A stretch of 59,184 nucleotides of DNA from a virus. Lineage: Duplodnaviria > Caudoviricetes. The position numbers were made by a program, and so were the translations under genes. The DNA is taken from positions 1-59,184 of IMG/VR virus record IMGVR_UViG_3300048762_000055. The stretch is one strand, 5' to 3'. The first letter of the stretch is position 1, and the number at the start of each line of letters is the position of its first letter. Below the pieces are notes generated by a model. It saw nothing but the letters and a program-made list of their open reading frames with translations, searched no databases and was not told the origin of the DNA. Below are positions 35,317 through 46,100 of the stretch, one piece after another.

Positions 35317-37197
35317 GTGGCCGGACTTCTCGACAATCTGCTGGCGAGCTTGGTTGCATCCAATATGCAGCAGCCGGGCAATAGCTATTCGCCAACGGGG
35401 GCGGAAGGCATTCCCGATCCGTCTGCAGTCGATCCCTTTGCCAATGCTCCGGCTCCTGCCGCGCCAAAACCGGCAGCGCAGCCGTTTGGGCCGGTCGCTG
35501 GGCTACTCAACGCGCCGGCCGGATCGCCCTATAGCCAGCCAGCGGGGCCGTTCGATCAGCCGCCGGCCACCAATGACGTGCAGGCGCAGGAACCCCAAGT
35601 TTTCAAGGATGGGGTGCCATTGCCCAAGCCTAGGCCGGATACGGGCCTCAATGGACGCGATGAGGCGGCCACTGGTGCGCCGCTTTCGCTTTCCCCTCCC
35701 ATGCCATCGGATTCGGCCCAATTGCCTCCCGGTGCCACTCCTACGGGCCCTGCGGCCCCTGCGGCGGCTCCCGCGGCATCTTCGGGGGGTGGAATTGGCG
35801 GTTTACTGGGGAATGTGGCCGGAAAACTCTTAGACCCGAATCATGCCGCGACTTGGATGGCGCTGGCTTCCGGGTTTGCGGGTGCGCCGTCGCTCGGGAT
35901 GGGCATTGGGCGGGCTGCGGCTGCGGCTGGACCGGCCATGCAGGCTGATCGGGCCATGCAGATGAAAATGCAGGGTATTCAGGCGACCTACCAATCCGTT
36001 CGCCAAGAATTGCAGGCCCAAGGCGTTCCGGCCGGCGAGGCGGCAAGCAAGGCGCTTGCAATGGCGCAAAACCCCGATTTGTTGAAAGCGATGGCGCCGC
36101 AAGTATACGGCACTAACCCGCCGGAATGGAAAGAGGTGGCGCGAGACGCCATCGGCAATCCGATCATGGGTCTGGTTGACGTCCGAAAGGGCACGATCAA
36201 CGGCACACCAATGGCAAAATGGCAGGCTGGTGATACCGCTGGCGGAGGCGTTGCTGGGGGTCCAGGAGGTGCGACCAGCGTCGATCCATCCTTGACTGGT
36301 CAGGCTTTCCTCGATGCGGTAAGCAAAAATCCGAAATTCGGACCCGGCGAAGCTTCGAAGGTGCAGGGCATCGCGGAAGGTAAAATCGCATATCCGACCG
36401 GATTCATCATGAAAACGCCTTATGGGCGGTGGTTGACCAATGCGGTTGGCCAATATGAGCCGGGTATTGATTCGACCAAGATCAATCAGCGTAAGACCTT
36501 CAATACCCAATTAGGTTCCACCACGCCGACATCAATCGGCGGGCAAAAGAATCTAATGGGAACCTCGCTAGGTCATCTTGGCGAGGTCGCAGACGCCGCA
36601 GTATCGTTGCAAAATAGTTCTGGCCCATTGCCTAATTGGATACCGGGTAGTGCACAGGTTGCCCAGGGCATCAACGCCGTTTCCAATACCAGCGTTGACC
36701 GGCAGGCGAAGGCAAATGCATTGAATGACGCAGTGCAGAAGCTTTCCGGCGAACTTGGCAAACTTTATTCTGGCTCATCTGGCGGTGGGATCGCAGAACG
36801 CGAACAAACTCAATCGAGATTTGGACCAAGTCTGACGCCGCAGGCCATGGCGGCATCCTTGGAAATGAGCAAGGCGCTTATCAATTCCAAGCTCGCGGCA
36901 TTGGAAAATCAGCAAGATCAGATTTTCGGACCTAATAATCCGGGGCGCACTGATTTCTTGGGTACAAATGGGCGTGCCGCAATTGCGAAGATTGATTCGG
37001 CCATTGCTCGCTTGCGTGGCCAGCAGCCTGGGGCTGCGGCCGATACCGGTCCTCCTGCTGGCGTCCCGGCTCCTGCTGGTCCGGCTGCTGCCGCGCCGAT
37101 GGCTCCTGCACCAATGGCACCGCCGCGCGCTGCTGCGCCGCCGCCGGGCAATTACGTGTATAATCCGGCGACACGCTCGCTGGTACCGGCCCAATGA
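35317..37197 (+). CDS. Ejection/internal virion protein
   Basis: MAGLLD start, Ala/Gly/Pro-rich, position. Confidence 0.7.
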   Translation: MAGLLDNLLASLVASNMQQPGNSYSPTGAEGIPDPSAVDPFANAPAPAAPKPAAQPFGPVAGLLNAPAGSPYSQPAGPFDQPPATNDVQAQEPQVFKDGVPLPKPRPDTGLNGRDEAATGAPLSLSPPMPSDSAQLPPGATPTGPAAPAAAPAASSGGGIGGLLGNVAGKLLDPNHAATWMALASGFAGAPSLGMGIGRAAAAAGPAMQADRAMQMKMQGIQATYQSVRQELQAQGVPAGEAASKALAMAQNPDLLKAMAPQVYGTNPPEWKEVARDAIGNPIMGLVDVRKGTINGTPMAKWQAGDTAGGGVAGGPGGATSVDPSLTGQAFLDAVSKNPKFGPGEASKVQGIAEGKIAYPTGFIMKTPYGRWLTNAVGQYEPGIDSTKINQRKTFNTQLGSTTPTSIGGQKNLMGTSLGHLGEVADAAVSLQNSSGPLPNWIPGSAQVAQGINAVSNTSVDRQAKANALNDAVQKLSGELGKLYSGSSGGGIAEREQTQSRFGPSLTPQAMAASLEMSKALINSKLAALENQQDQIFGPNNPGRTDFLGTNGRAAIAKIDSAIARLRGQQPGAAADTGPPAGVPAPAGPAAAAPMAPAPMAPPRAAAPPPGNYVYNPATRSLVPAQ

Positions 37198-40100
37198 CCA
37201 TCAATGTTCAAGGCGCAGACGGCTCTAACTTCGCCTTTCCTGACGGAACGGCCGAGGCTGATATCACTGGTGCCATGGATGCCCATTACGGGGCTCCCGC
37301 TGCGCCGGCTGTACCTTCTGCCGAGCCAATCAGCGCGACCAATCTGGCCCGTTCTGCCGCGCGCGGGGTTCCGATCGCTGGTGGTCTAGTCGACAAGGCA
37401 GAGGCGGCAACTGAGGCGGCACTGGCCCCGGCGGTCGAGCCATTCCTGACGCCGGGCCCCAATAGCCTTATGCCCTCCGGTGGCTTCGGTGCCCGCTATG
37501 CCAAGGCGCTCGCCCTTCAGCAGGCCAAGGATACCGGTTTCGATACCGCCCATCCGGTTACCTCGACTGCGGCTAAGATCGCCGGCGGCGTCGGTTCCTT
37601 TGGTGGCGCGATCAAAGCAGTTCCTGAGCTAGCCAGCACACTCGGCTTCGAAGGCACTATTCCGCAGATGATCACCAAAGGCGCGGTGTCTGGTGCTGGC
37701 CTAAGTGCGGCCGATGCGCTGACGCGCGGCGAGGATCCCGGCACTGCTGCGGTGGAAGGGGGTGCTTTGGGTGCTGTCGGTGGTCCGACTGGTCGGCTAA
37801 TTGGGAAGGCCGTGGGCGCTGGCATGCGCGCGGTCCGCGGCGCCCCTGCGCTTGAGCACGCCGTCACTACGCCGGTAGCAGGGGTGGACGTGCCGGTTCC
37901 TACGGCCGATCCGGCGGTCGCTTCTCAGATCGAGATTGCGCGCCGCGGTGGTGCTGGCGTTCCGGCCCAGCAGGTAGTGCAAACCGGTGACCAAGGTGTG
38001 CAGTCCGCACTCGATCAGGCAAAGGGCAATATCGGGGCCTCGCTCGATCCGAATGCCTCGCCGGCGGCAATACCGCAGGATTCAGCCGCATCGGTGGCTG
38101 CCGAATTACAGGCGAATGAGGCCAATCGGTTCCAGACCGAACAGGGGGTCATGCAGCGGGCATTACAAGCCACGCAGGAGGCATCGCAAGGCACTCAGGA
38201 CATTCGCCAAAGCCTCGATACGACTGTGGCCCCTCCAGAGGTCATTCAGGCGGCCCATGACGATTTCGCCAAGTTTGGGCCTAAAAATGCCTTCGTTCCT
38301 CAAAAAGCGCAGGCAATCAGTGATAAATTCGGGCCACGGGCTGCCGAAGGATATACGAGCGAATATGATCGACTGATCGCAGCGAATCAGCAGGCGGTTC
38401 CCGTTACTACCGGAGCAGGAATAGGCGCGGAACCAAAATTACCGGCTACCCCTGCTGGCCTAGATACGGACGTATTAACCCCAGCCGCCACCCAAGCCGC
38501 TCAAGAAGCCCCCCCAATTAGCCCTCCTGCGAGCGGAGTAGCCCCCCCAAATCCGGCAACTATCCCTGCCATACACGCAGAGTCCCCCCTAGCAGCAGGG
38601 GAAGTGCTCTCGGCTGGCATCCAGCGCAAGGCCGAAGAGGCTGCGGCGACCAGAACTGCGGCTTATGCGGCCAAAGCTGCCATTCCCGGCGAATACAACG
38701 CCGCGGCGCTCAAAGGTTCCGGCAATGCGATACGCAATGCACTGAGTTCTGGACCCGATGCAGTCCGTGTTTCCGAAGGGTTAACTCCGCGCGCATCGCA
38801 GGCTTTGCAAATTATCGATGAGACGATTGGCGGAAAGCCCCCGGCTGTTCTCCCGAATGAAGCCACGCCTTTCACCGCAGTCCGCGGCGAGGGTGGAAAG
38901 TTCGAGAGTGGACAAGCACCGCAGCCGATCACCGGCGAGACGATGGAGGATGTTCGCAAGCAATTGAACATGCTCTATGGCGATTCAATGCGAGCCGCCA
39001 ATGGGCCGGGCGGAAATGCCACAGACCTGCGCGCTATGCGGCGGATCATTGATGCTTTCGACACCCATATCGGCAACGTCGAGGATGCTGGTGGGTTCTC
39101 AGGCGATGCCGATGCGTTGGCGAAAGCCCGTGATGCCGCACGCGCTTCCCATGTAGCTTATAAAACGACTTTCCAGCCTCGAAATCCCGGCGATAAGACA
39201 GGGGCGAGCATCGAGAAAATAGTCGGGAAATTCGATGGTCAGGAAGCCGGTCCAGATCAGATTATGCAGATGGCCTATGGTTCTCCTGCGGAGCCGGGCG
39301 GCACGCCAGCAGCGCAATTGGCGCAGCGAATCAAATCGATGTTCGGTGAGAATTCGAAGGAATGGGCGGCCTATAAGCAGGGGTTGCTCTCGCATCTTGT
39401 CGATAATCCAGACGGCACGCCGCGGGATGCCCTTGACGCAGCCGCGCGCATCGATAAATTTCTAAAGGCTCCGAAGGGTAAAATCCTATCGCAGACGGCA
39501 TTTACCGCCGATGACCGGGCGGCGCTGGCGAATCACGTCGAAAGATTGAATTCCTCTCAAGCAGATTTGCAGGCGGCCCAGCCGGTAGCCCTGAAAGACC
39601 TCGGCGCAGTGGACAAGGTTATTGCTCGCATCACCGGTCGTGATGGTGGACCTCCCGCTTCGCTCAATGACGTGACCAATTTTCTTTTTGGTCCTACTGC
39701 TGGCAAGAGCTCAGTGCAGCAAGCGACGGTTTTGCATCTTAAGCGCGTTCTTTCTCCCGAAGGATTTAGCGCACTGCAAAACGGCATGTGGAAGCACTTG
39801 ACCGATGTGCCGCCCGGTAAGCTTTCGGTTACGGCGCAGCATATTTGGTCGAACCTCGATCAGTTTTTCAATGGCTCCGGTAGTGCCGTGTCGAAGGCCC
39901 TTTATCCTGAGAACGTGCGCGTCGAGGGTCAGAGATTGGCCGAAGCTTTCAAGGCGCAAATTCCTCTGCCAGGAACAACTAACCCATCAGGAAGCGCGAC
40001 GATTGGCTCGCAGATTCTTCGCAAGTCGGCAAAGAGCATCCTTCCAATCATCGGCTATATGCACGGCGATCTATCTGGTGCAGTGGCCGGCGCGCTTGCA

Positions 40101-40259
40101 AACAAGGTGGTCGAGCCGATAGCAGCTCGACGCGCCGCTAGACAAATTGGTTCGCTTTATTATGGCCCGCAGCCTAAAGTGCCGATCGACCCTCGGTTTG
40201 CTAAAGCGGCAGGCATCCTTACTCGGGGCGCCGCTCAGGGGCAGGTCGGCGGTCCCTAA
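37194..40259 (+). CDS. Large ejection/DNA-transfer protein
   Basis: 1021 aa, Ala/Gly-rich, FPDGT N-terminus, NPSGSA near the C-terminus. Confidence 0.7.
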   Translation: MTINVQGADGSNFAFPDGTAEADITGAMDAHYGAPAAPAVPSAEPISATNLARSAARGVPIAGGLVDKAEAATEAALAPAVEPFLTPGPNSLMPSGGFGARYAKALALQQAKDTGFDTAHPVTSTAAKIAGGVGSFGGAIKAVPELASTLGFEGTIPQMITKGAVSGAGLSAADALTRGEDPGTAAVEGGALGAVGGPTGRLIGKAVGAGMRAVRGAPALEHAVTTPVAGVDVPVPTADPAVASQIEIARRGGAGVPAQQVVQTGDQGVQSALDQAKGNIGASLDPNASPAAIPQDSAASVAAELQANEANRFQTEQGVMQRALQATQEASQGTQDIRQSLDTTVAPPEVIQAAHDDFAKFGPKNAFVPQKAQAISDKFGPRAAEGYTSEYDRLIAANQQAVPVTTGAGIGAEPKLPATPAGLDTDVLTPAATQAAQEAPPISPPASGVAPPNPATIPAIHAESPLAAGEVLSAGIQRKAEEAAATRTAAYAAKAAIPGEYNAAALKGSGNAIRNALSSGPDAVRVSEGLTPRASQALQIIDETIGGKPPAVLPNEATPFTAVRGEGGKFESGQAPQPITGETMEDVRKQLNMLYGDSMRAANGPGGNATDLRAMRRIIDAFDTHIGNVEDAGGFSGDADALAKARDAARASHVAYKTTFQPRNPGDKTGASIEKIVGKFDGQEAGPDQIMQMAYGSPAEPGGTPAAQLAQRIKSMFGENSKEWAAYKQGLLSHLVDNPDGTPRDALDAAARIDKFLKAPKGKILSQTAFTADDRAALANHVERLNSSQADLQAAQPVALKDLGAVDKVIARITGRDGGPPASLNDVTNFLFGPTAGKSSVQQATVLHLKRVLSPEGFSALQNGMWKHLTDVPPGKLSVTAQHIWSNLDQFFNGSGSAVSKALYPENVRVEGQRLAEAFKAQIPLPGTTNPSGSATIGSQILRKSAKSILPIIGYMHGDLSGAVAGALANKVVEPIAARRAARQIGSLYYGPQPKVPIDPRFAKAAGILTRGAAQGQVGGP

Positions 40260-40410
40260 CGTCAAGCCATTTCGCAATGGCGACAACTCCCACTAGCAGC
40301 ACAGCGGCGGTCGTGGTTCCGATCAAGCCGATGAAGGCAGGAATGATGTAAAGGCGCAGCGCGACCATTATTCCGATGAAGGTCGCGACCATCGCAATCC
40401 GCAGGAGCAT
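40219..40410 (-). CDS. Small two-helix membrane protein, antisense to the structural operon
   Basis: Fills the 40260-40414 gap; hydrophobic; start uncertain. Confidence 0.4.
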   Translation of the reverse strand: MLLRIAMVATFIGIMVALRLYIIPAFIGLIGTTTAAVLLVGVVAIAKWLDVRDRRPAPERRPE

Positions 40411-40414
40411 CGGT

Positions 40415-41167
40415 ATGGCTGACAGTTCTGTGGACATTCCCGCGATCATCCGTGAAAAAGCGGCGGCTTACGGCGTTGATCCCGACACGCTCACACAAAT
40501 CGGCAAGGTGGAAAGCGGGCTTGACCCTAATAGCGCAAATCCTGGTTCCTCCGCGAGAGGATTATTCCAGCAAACCACCGCTAATTGGAAGCAATACGGC
40601 AACGGCGGCGATCCGCTCGATCCCGTGGCGAATGCCGATGCTGGCGCTAGGTTCATGGCGGCAAATCAGAAGCTGCTCACGGCATCCGGTATTCAGCCGA
40701 CGCCTGGTGCGCTTTATCTGAGCCACTTTGCCGGCCCTAGTGGGGCGCTGAAGGTTCTCAAATCCGATCCGACTGCATCGGCGGCTGATATTCTCGGGCC
40801 CGCGGTGGTCAAGGCCAATCCATTCCTCGCCAATATGTCGGCAGGTGATTTGCAGTCTTGGGCTAATCGCAAGATGGGCAGTTCGCCGGCTGGTGCGCCT
40901 GCTTCCACCGCTGCACCGACGCAGTTGGCCTCCGCTGCTCCGGTCGCTGGTGCTCCACCTGACACATCGGCGGCTGCATCACCTGAACCAGCATTGAATC
41001 CAGACTTGATGGCGCAGTTGTCAGCCGTTCCGAAAATGCTGGCGCAATCGCAGCCTGATATTTCGCAGCAGGCACCGCCGACGATGGCACCTATGTTTGA
41101 TCCATCAGCACTCGCTCGCGCCCGCATACTGTCTCGTGTTATAACTGGTCAGCCGATCACAGGATGA
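40415..41167 (+). CDS. Virion-associated lytic transglycosylase
   Basis: KVESG..P...N..SSARGLFQ, YLSHFAGPSGA; AGGAG SD. Confidence 0.85.
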   Translation: MADSSVDIPAIIREKAAAYGVDPDTLTQIGKVESGLDPNSANPGSSARGLFQQTTANWKQYGNGGDPLDPVANADAGARFMAANQKLLTASGIQPTPGALYLSHFAGPSGALKVLKSDPTASAADILGPAVVKANPFLANMSAGDLQSWANRKMGSSPAGAPASTAAPTQLASAAPVAGAPPDTSAAASPEPALNPDLMAQLSAVPKMLAQSQPDISQQAPPTMAPMFDPSALARARILSRVITGQPITG

Positions 41168-41175
41168 AATAAATT

Positions 41176-41685
41176 ATGGCTGAGAGCAAAAAACATTACC
41201 CTTCAATTGATCGCATCCGAGAACTGTTCACATACGATGAAAACAGCGGACTTTTCTTTTGGCACATCAACAAAGGAGAAATGAGAATTGGCGATATTGC
41301 TGGATCAGACAATGGTCGCGGATATATTCGTCTTACAATAGATGGAGATCGTCGATTAGCTCATCTGGTTGTTTGGTTCTTAAAGATGGGTGTCTGGCCA
41401 ACTCACAAAATTGATCATGAGGATGGTGATGGCTTTAACAACCGATGGAGCAATTTGAGGCGAGCTACACAGGCAGAAAACCTAGCAAACAAACGCATTT
41501 CATCGAGAAATAAAAGTGGATTTAAGGGTGTTATCTTTGATGAGGATAGGCAACTATTTCGTGCTGAAATTACAAAGGGATCATACAGAGAATTCCTTGG
41601 CCGATTTAGAACAGCGGTAGAAGCTCACGCAGCCTATGCGGCTGCGGCGCACCGAATACACGGCGAATTTGCGAGGATACAATGA
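41176..41685 (+). CDS. Free-standing HNH-AP2 homing endonuclease
   Basis: RIRELFTYD..SGLFFW, IDHEDGDGFNNRWSNLR, SGFKGV, LGRFRTAVEAH; AT-rich. Confidence 0.9.
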   Translation: MAESKKHYPSIDRIRELFTYDENSGLFFWHINKGEMRIGDIAGSDNGRGYIRLTIDGDRRLAHLVVWFLKMGVWPTHKIDHEDGDGFNNRWSNLRRATQAENLANKRISSRNKSGFKGVIFDEDRQLFRAEITKGSYREFLGRFRTAVEAHAAYAAAAHRIHGEFARIQ

Positions 41686-42671
41686 GTTTCTGGCAATGGT
41701 CAAAAATAGCGGCGAATAACGCTACAGCCGATCCTTCCATAAACTATAGCGTCGGCATGAGCCCGTCCTCTGTGGACGCATCGGGCCGCGCCCAAATGGC
41801 CCGCACCGCTGAATTCCGCGATGATACTTCCGGTCTGTTGGTGACTGCTGGCACCGCCACGGCCTACACGGTCACAACCTATGAAGGATTGGCGGCCACT
41901 CCGAACGACGGCCAGCTTATTGCCTTCACGATGAATGTGACAAACGGAGTTGCGGCCACTCTGACCTGTGATGGCGGCAATACCTACCCGCTCCAAAGCA
42001 GTCCCGGCATTGCGGTGCCTAGCGCGGTGCTTATCGCAGGGACGCCATACACCGCGAAATTCTCTACGGCTAATTCATCTTGGATAATGCGCGATTTCTA
42101 CGGCAGTTCTTTCGTTGTTCCGATTGGTGGCTTGGTGCCGTATCTCGGTGCGACGTCTCCGAATAGCAATTTCGTTCTGCCTTATGGACAGGCGATTTCC
42201 CGCACGACTTATTCAGCGTTGTTCGCGCTTGTCGGCACTACTTTCGGCGTTGGCGACGGAACGACGACCTTCAACGTGCCTGATTTGCGCGGGCGCACTA
42301 TTGCGGCGATCGATAATCTTGGCGGTACTGCGGCCAATAGGCTGTCGACAACTTATTTTGGCTCCGATCCGACGGTGCTCGGCGATGTCGGCGGTTCGCA
42401 AAATCATACGTTGACGCAGGCCGAACTTAGTACTGCCTTGGGTACAGCAACTTCTGCCGTTAGTGGCACAATTTCCAACCCCAATGGATTTACGCAGGGT
42501 GTCTTTATCGGCGCAGGCGGTGGAGGTGCCGGTACAGGAACGCAAACCACTAACGGGATATCTACAGCTGGCATCACAGTTTCTACGAGCATCACGAACT
42601 CATCGGGCGGCAACGCCCACGCCATCGTGCCGCCGATGATGGTAATTTCCTTCATACTGCGGGTGTTATAA
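41682..42671 (+). CDS. Tail fibre protein with tail-collar domain
   Basis: VPIG...GQAISRTTYSALFALVGTTFGVGDGTTTFNVPDLRGR. Confidence 0.9.
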   Translation: MSFWQWSKIAANNATADPSINYSVGMSPSSVDASGRAQMARTAEFRDDTSGLLVTAGTATAYTVTTYEGLAATPNDGQLIAFTMNVTNGVAATLTCDGGNTYPLQSSPGIAVPSAVLIAGTPYTAKFSTANSSWIMRDFYGSSFVVPIGGLVPYLGATSPNSNFVLPYGQAISRTTYSALFALVGTTFGVGDGTTTFNVPDLRGRTIAAIDNLGGTAANRLSTTYFGSDPTVLGDVGGSQNHTLTQAELSTALGTATSAVSGTISNPNGFTQGVFIGAGGGGAGTGTQTTNGISTAGITVSTSITNSSGGNAHAIVPPMMVISFILRVL

Positions 42672-43100
42672 ATGACAGTGCTCACCAGCGATCTCCGCAA
42701 TACCCGCCAATCCGCGCGCGAGCTCCGGTTTGAGCCGACTGGTTCGATCTCGGCGACGAATGTGCAAACCGCCATTCAGCAGGCATCGTCGCAACAGCTC
42801 GCGCTGGTGCCGACGACGGTCGCTTTCGCCGCATCGCCATATCCCGTGAAATCGACCGATACGTTTCTCGCGATCGATACATCTGGCGGTGTGGTGGTGA
42901 TCGACTTGCAATCGGCGGCATCGCGTCTTGGGGTTCCGCTGACGATCAAGGACGTGACCGGTCATGCGGCGGCTTATCCGATGAGCGTGGTGCCGAATGG
43001 TGCCGAGACGGTCGACACGCTTGCGCCCTATCCGATCACTGGCGATTTTGGCGGTGTAACGCTTATTCCTCAGACCGGAGGCTATACAGTCTCGCCATGA
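42672..43100 (+). CDS. Tail fibre-associated adaptor protein
   Basis: ATNVQTAI and TIKD..G.A......V.PNGAET.D motifs seen in fibre proteins. Confidence 0.6.
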   Translation: MTVLTSDLRNTRQSARELRFEPTGSISATNVQTAIQQASSQQLALVPTTVAFAASPYPVKSTDTFLAIDTSGGVVVIDLQSAASRLGVPLTIKDVTGHAAAYPMSVVPNGAETVDTLAPYPITGDFGGVTLIPQTGGYTVSP

Positions 43101-46100
43101 AATTCCTCACTCGCATCGTCGCCGTTCTCGCGGTCCTATCGTCGGTCGCTTTCGCCCAGCAGGGCACGCAGCTTCCATCCGGAAATTTGTGGGGCAATCC
43201 GACCGCATCGCGGGCGCCCGGCAAGCCAGCCACGCCGTCGTCGATCTTCGATCAGGCATTTTCTGCGACACAAGGCTCATTGCTTTATCGCAACTCAACG
43301 GTGTGGACACCGCTAGGTCCCGGCACTGCTGGCCTGCCGCTACTTTCTGGTGGCGCAGGTGCAAACCTCGCCTATGGAATTCTAGGCTTGCCTGCTGGCG
43401 GTCTCGGCGGGTCGCAAGCTGCTGCGACAGCAGGCCAGATCCCGGTATATCCGGGATCTGGAGGGGCGGCCGTCCCGAGCAGCTTCACACAGACCGGCAC
43501 TGGCGCTGTCGCACGCGGCATCTTCGACAAGGTCGCCGACTGGCTTAATGCAAAAGACTTTGGTGTCCTTTGCGATGGCTCGACGAATGACGTAGCCAAT
43601 ATCAACAAGGCTATCGTAGCCGCTAATGCAGCGGCGGCAGGCACACTGGAGGGCCAAGTTGGTGTTCAACTTCCGGCCGGTGTTTGTATGGTCGGCACAA
43701 CGCAGATTGAAATTCTTGGTAACGTTTGGGTGCGTGGTGCTGGCATGGGCATCACGACTTTGCAACTGCCGGCTGGTTCGCCATTTTCGACCGACATTAT
43801 CGAGATCAATACAGGGTCCTCTATCGCAAATGTGCAGGTGTCCGACCTGACGATTGATGGCAACAACAACACTGGCGTTTCTGGCAGCAGCATCTTTGCG
43901 CAAGGCGTCACCAACCTTATTATTCAACGTGTTGAAATCTCCCGCATGTATGGAATGTTCGGGATCCTGGGCCAAGGTATCCTTGATAGCTACATCATGG
44001 ACAACCGCTGTAAGCTGACGACGGCACGGTCCACGCAGAACGAGTGTATTATTCTCACTCAAGCGCTCCCGAACAATAACGTTATTGTGGCGCGGAACAC
44101 GCTCATAAACAGCGGCATGGAGGCGGACGGCACGCGTCTTAAAATTCTCGACAACACTATCACCGGCTGGAATTTCGGCGCAGGTATCGTCATGGGCCCC
44201 TTCGTGGGGACCTATGACAACATTGTTACCGGAAATCACGTTTATAGCAGCGGCCTCGGGCCGGACAGCAGCGTTACATACCCGGTGTGTTTGGAGATTT
44301 GGTCGTACAAAACCGTCATTGCGAATAACGTCGTACACGACTGTGCTGGCTCCGGCATTTCCTCTGGCGGTGATAGCAATACAATCGTAGGCAATGTCAC
44401 CTATGACAATGGCCGTAACGCGGCGTCCACAACAGGACTGAGCGGTATTATAATTCAATATTATGCAAATAATTTGTGGTCGAATGGTAGCAACAACATT
44501 GTCAGTGGCAACCGATCTTACAACACAAACGGCGTGGCTGGTCCGCAAACCTACGCTGTTGAGATAAACGCTCTCATCACGGGCCTTAATCTAGGGATCA
44601 ACTCTTTTGCTGTTGGGTCTCTGGGCGTAGTGAGCAATTCCAGTCTCGCCACGTCTACCTTGTCAGCGCCTCTGGTTCTCAACGGAAGCACCAGCGGCTC
44701 CGCAACAATTGCTGCACAAGCTGTCGCGGGAACACCTTCCATTACGCTCGGCACGTCTAGCGGAACCCCGGCTGTGGCGGCTACGGCTCCGCTCGCGATC
44801 ACGGCGGCGACGGGCAACATCACCTGCACCGGTTGCCTCACAAATACCCCGGCAGCCCTGACCAAGACAGACGACACGAACGTCACCCTGACGCTCGGGG
44901 GCACGCCGACAACTGCGCTGCTGCAAGCTACGTCCCTTACACTGGGTTGGACGGGTACACTGGCCAATGCGCGTCTAGCGACGATGGCGACAAACACTGT
45001 TAAGGGCAACGCCACCGCAGGCACGGCATCCCCGACCGATCTCGCGGTGAGCACCTGCTCGACTGCCGCGTCGGCTTTGATCTGGACCACTAACACCGGC
45101 TTCGGGTGCAACACATCAATCACGGCGGCTGCGGTACCCGTCGGCGGCATCACTGGTCTCGGCACGGGTATTGCTACGGCCCTTGCAGTCAATGTAGGAA
45201 CGGCTGGCGCTCCCGTCATCAACGGCGGCGCGTTGGGTTCCCCTTCGTCAGCTGGTACATTGCCTGCTTACACGCTCGGCGGCACAGTCTCTGGTGGCGG
45301 CAATCAGATCAACAATGTCATTATTGGCACCAGCACCCCCCTTGCAGGATCGTTTACGGCGCTTACAGCTTCAACATCTGCTATAGTCACTTCAGCTTCA
45401 GCAAATGCGCTAACCGCCGGTCTTAATGGTGCGACGCATCCCGCCTTCAATGTGGATGCTTCAACTGCATCACAAACGGCAGGTTTGAATGTCAAAGGTG
45501 CAGCGCTTAATGGCACTGTTGCTGTTGCTGTCATTGACACTAGTGGCAACACCAATCTGACAATCAACGCTCTAGGCAGTGGTACTATCGGTATTGGAAG
45601 CGTCTCGACTGGTGGAGTAACTATAACTCCTGCCACAACTATAACAGGAATCACGACCCTATCTAATTCAACAGCAGCAAATGGCCCCAATCAAGGCGCG
45701 CTACAAGTAACTGGTGGCATCTGGGTTGGTGCAGACAGTTATTTTTCTGGCTCGAACACACTATTCGCTGGTACAGCATATTACCAAGGAAATCTTGGTG
45801 GGACTTACCCGAACACTAATTCTGGTGTTGCTCTAGGCGGTAATTTTTCCAACGGAAACTCCGAAATAGATTTTTTCAATACTACAACTGTAGCAACTGA
45901 TAGTTTTAGATTTTATCAACAAACAGGGGCTTCTGCGGCAACTTTAGTAGCTGAGATGTTAAAAACATATTTCAGTGTGCCATTAACGACCGCAACGACA
46001 AGCACAACAACAGGATCAATCGTAGCTGGAGGTGGCATTGCTGCTGGGGGAGCAATCGCAGCAACTTTAGCTAACGCAGCTACAACAAGCGCGGTTTGCT

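Noticed and set aside
43382-44548. 388-aa antisense ORF in the tailspike
   Set aside because: No motifs; explained by codon bias of the sense gene
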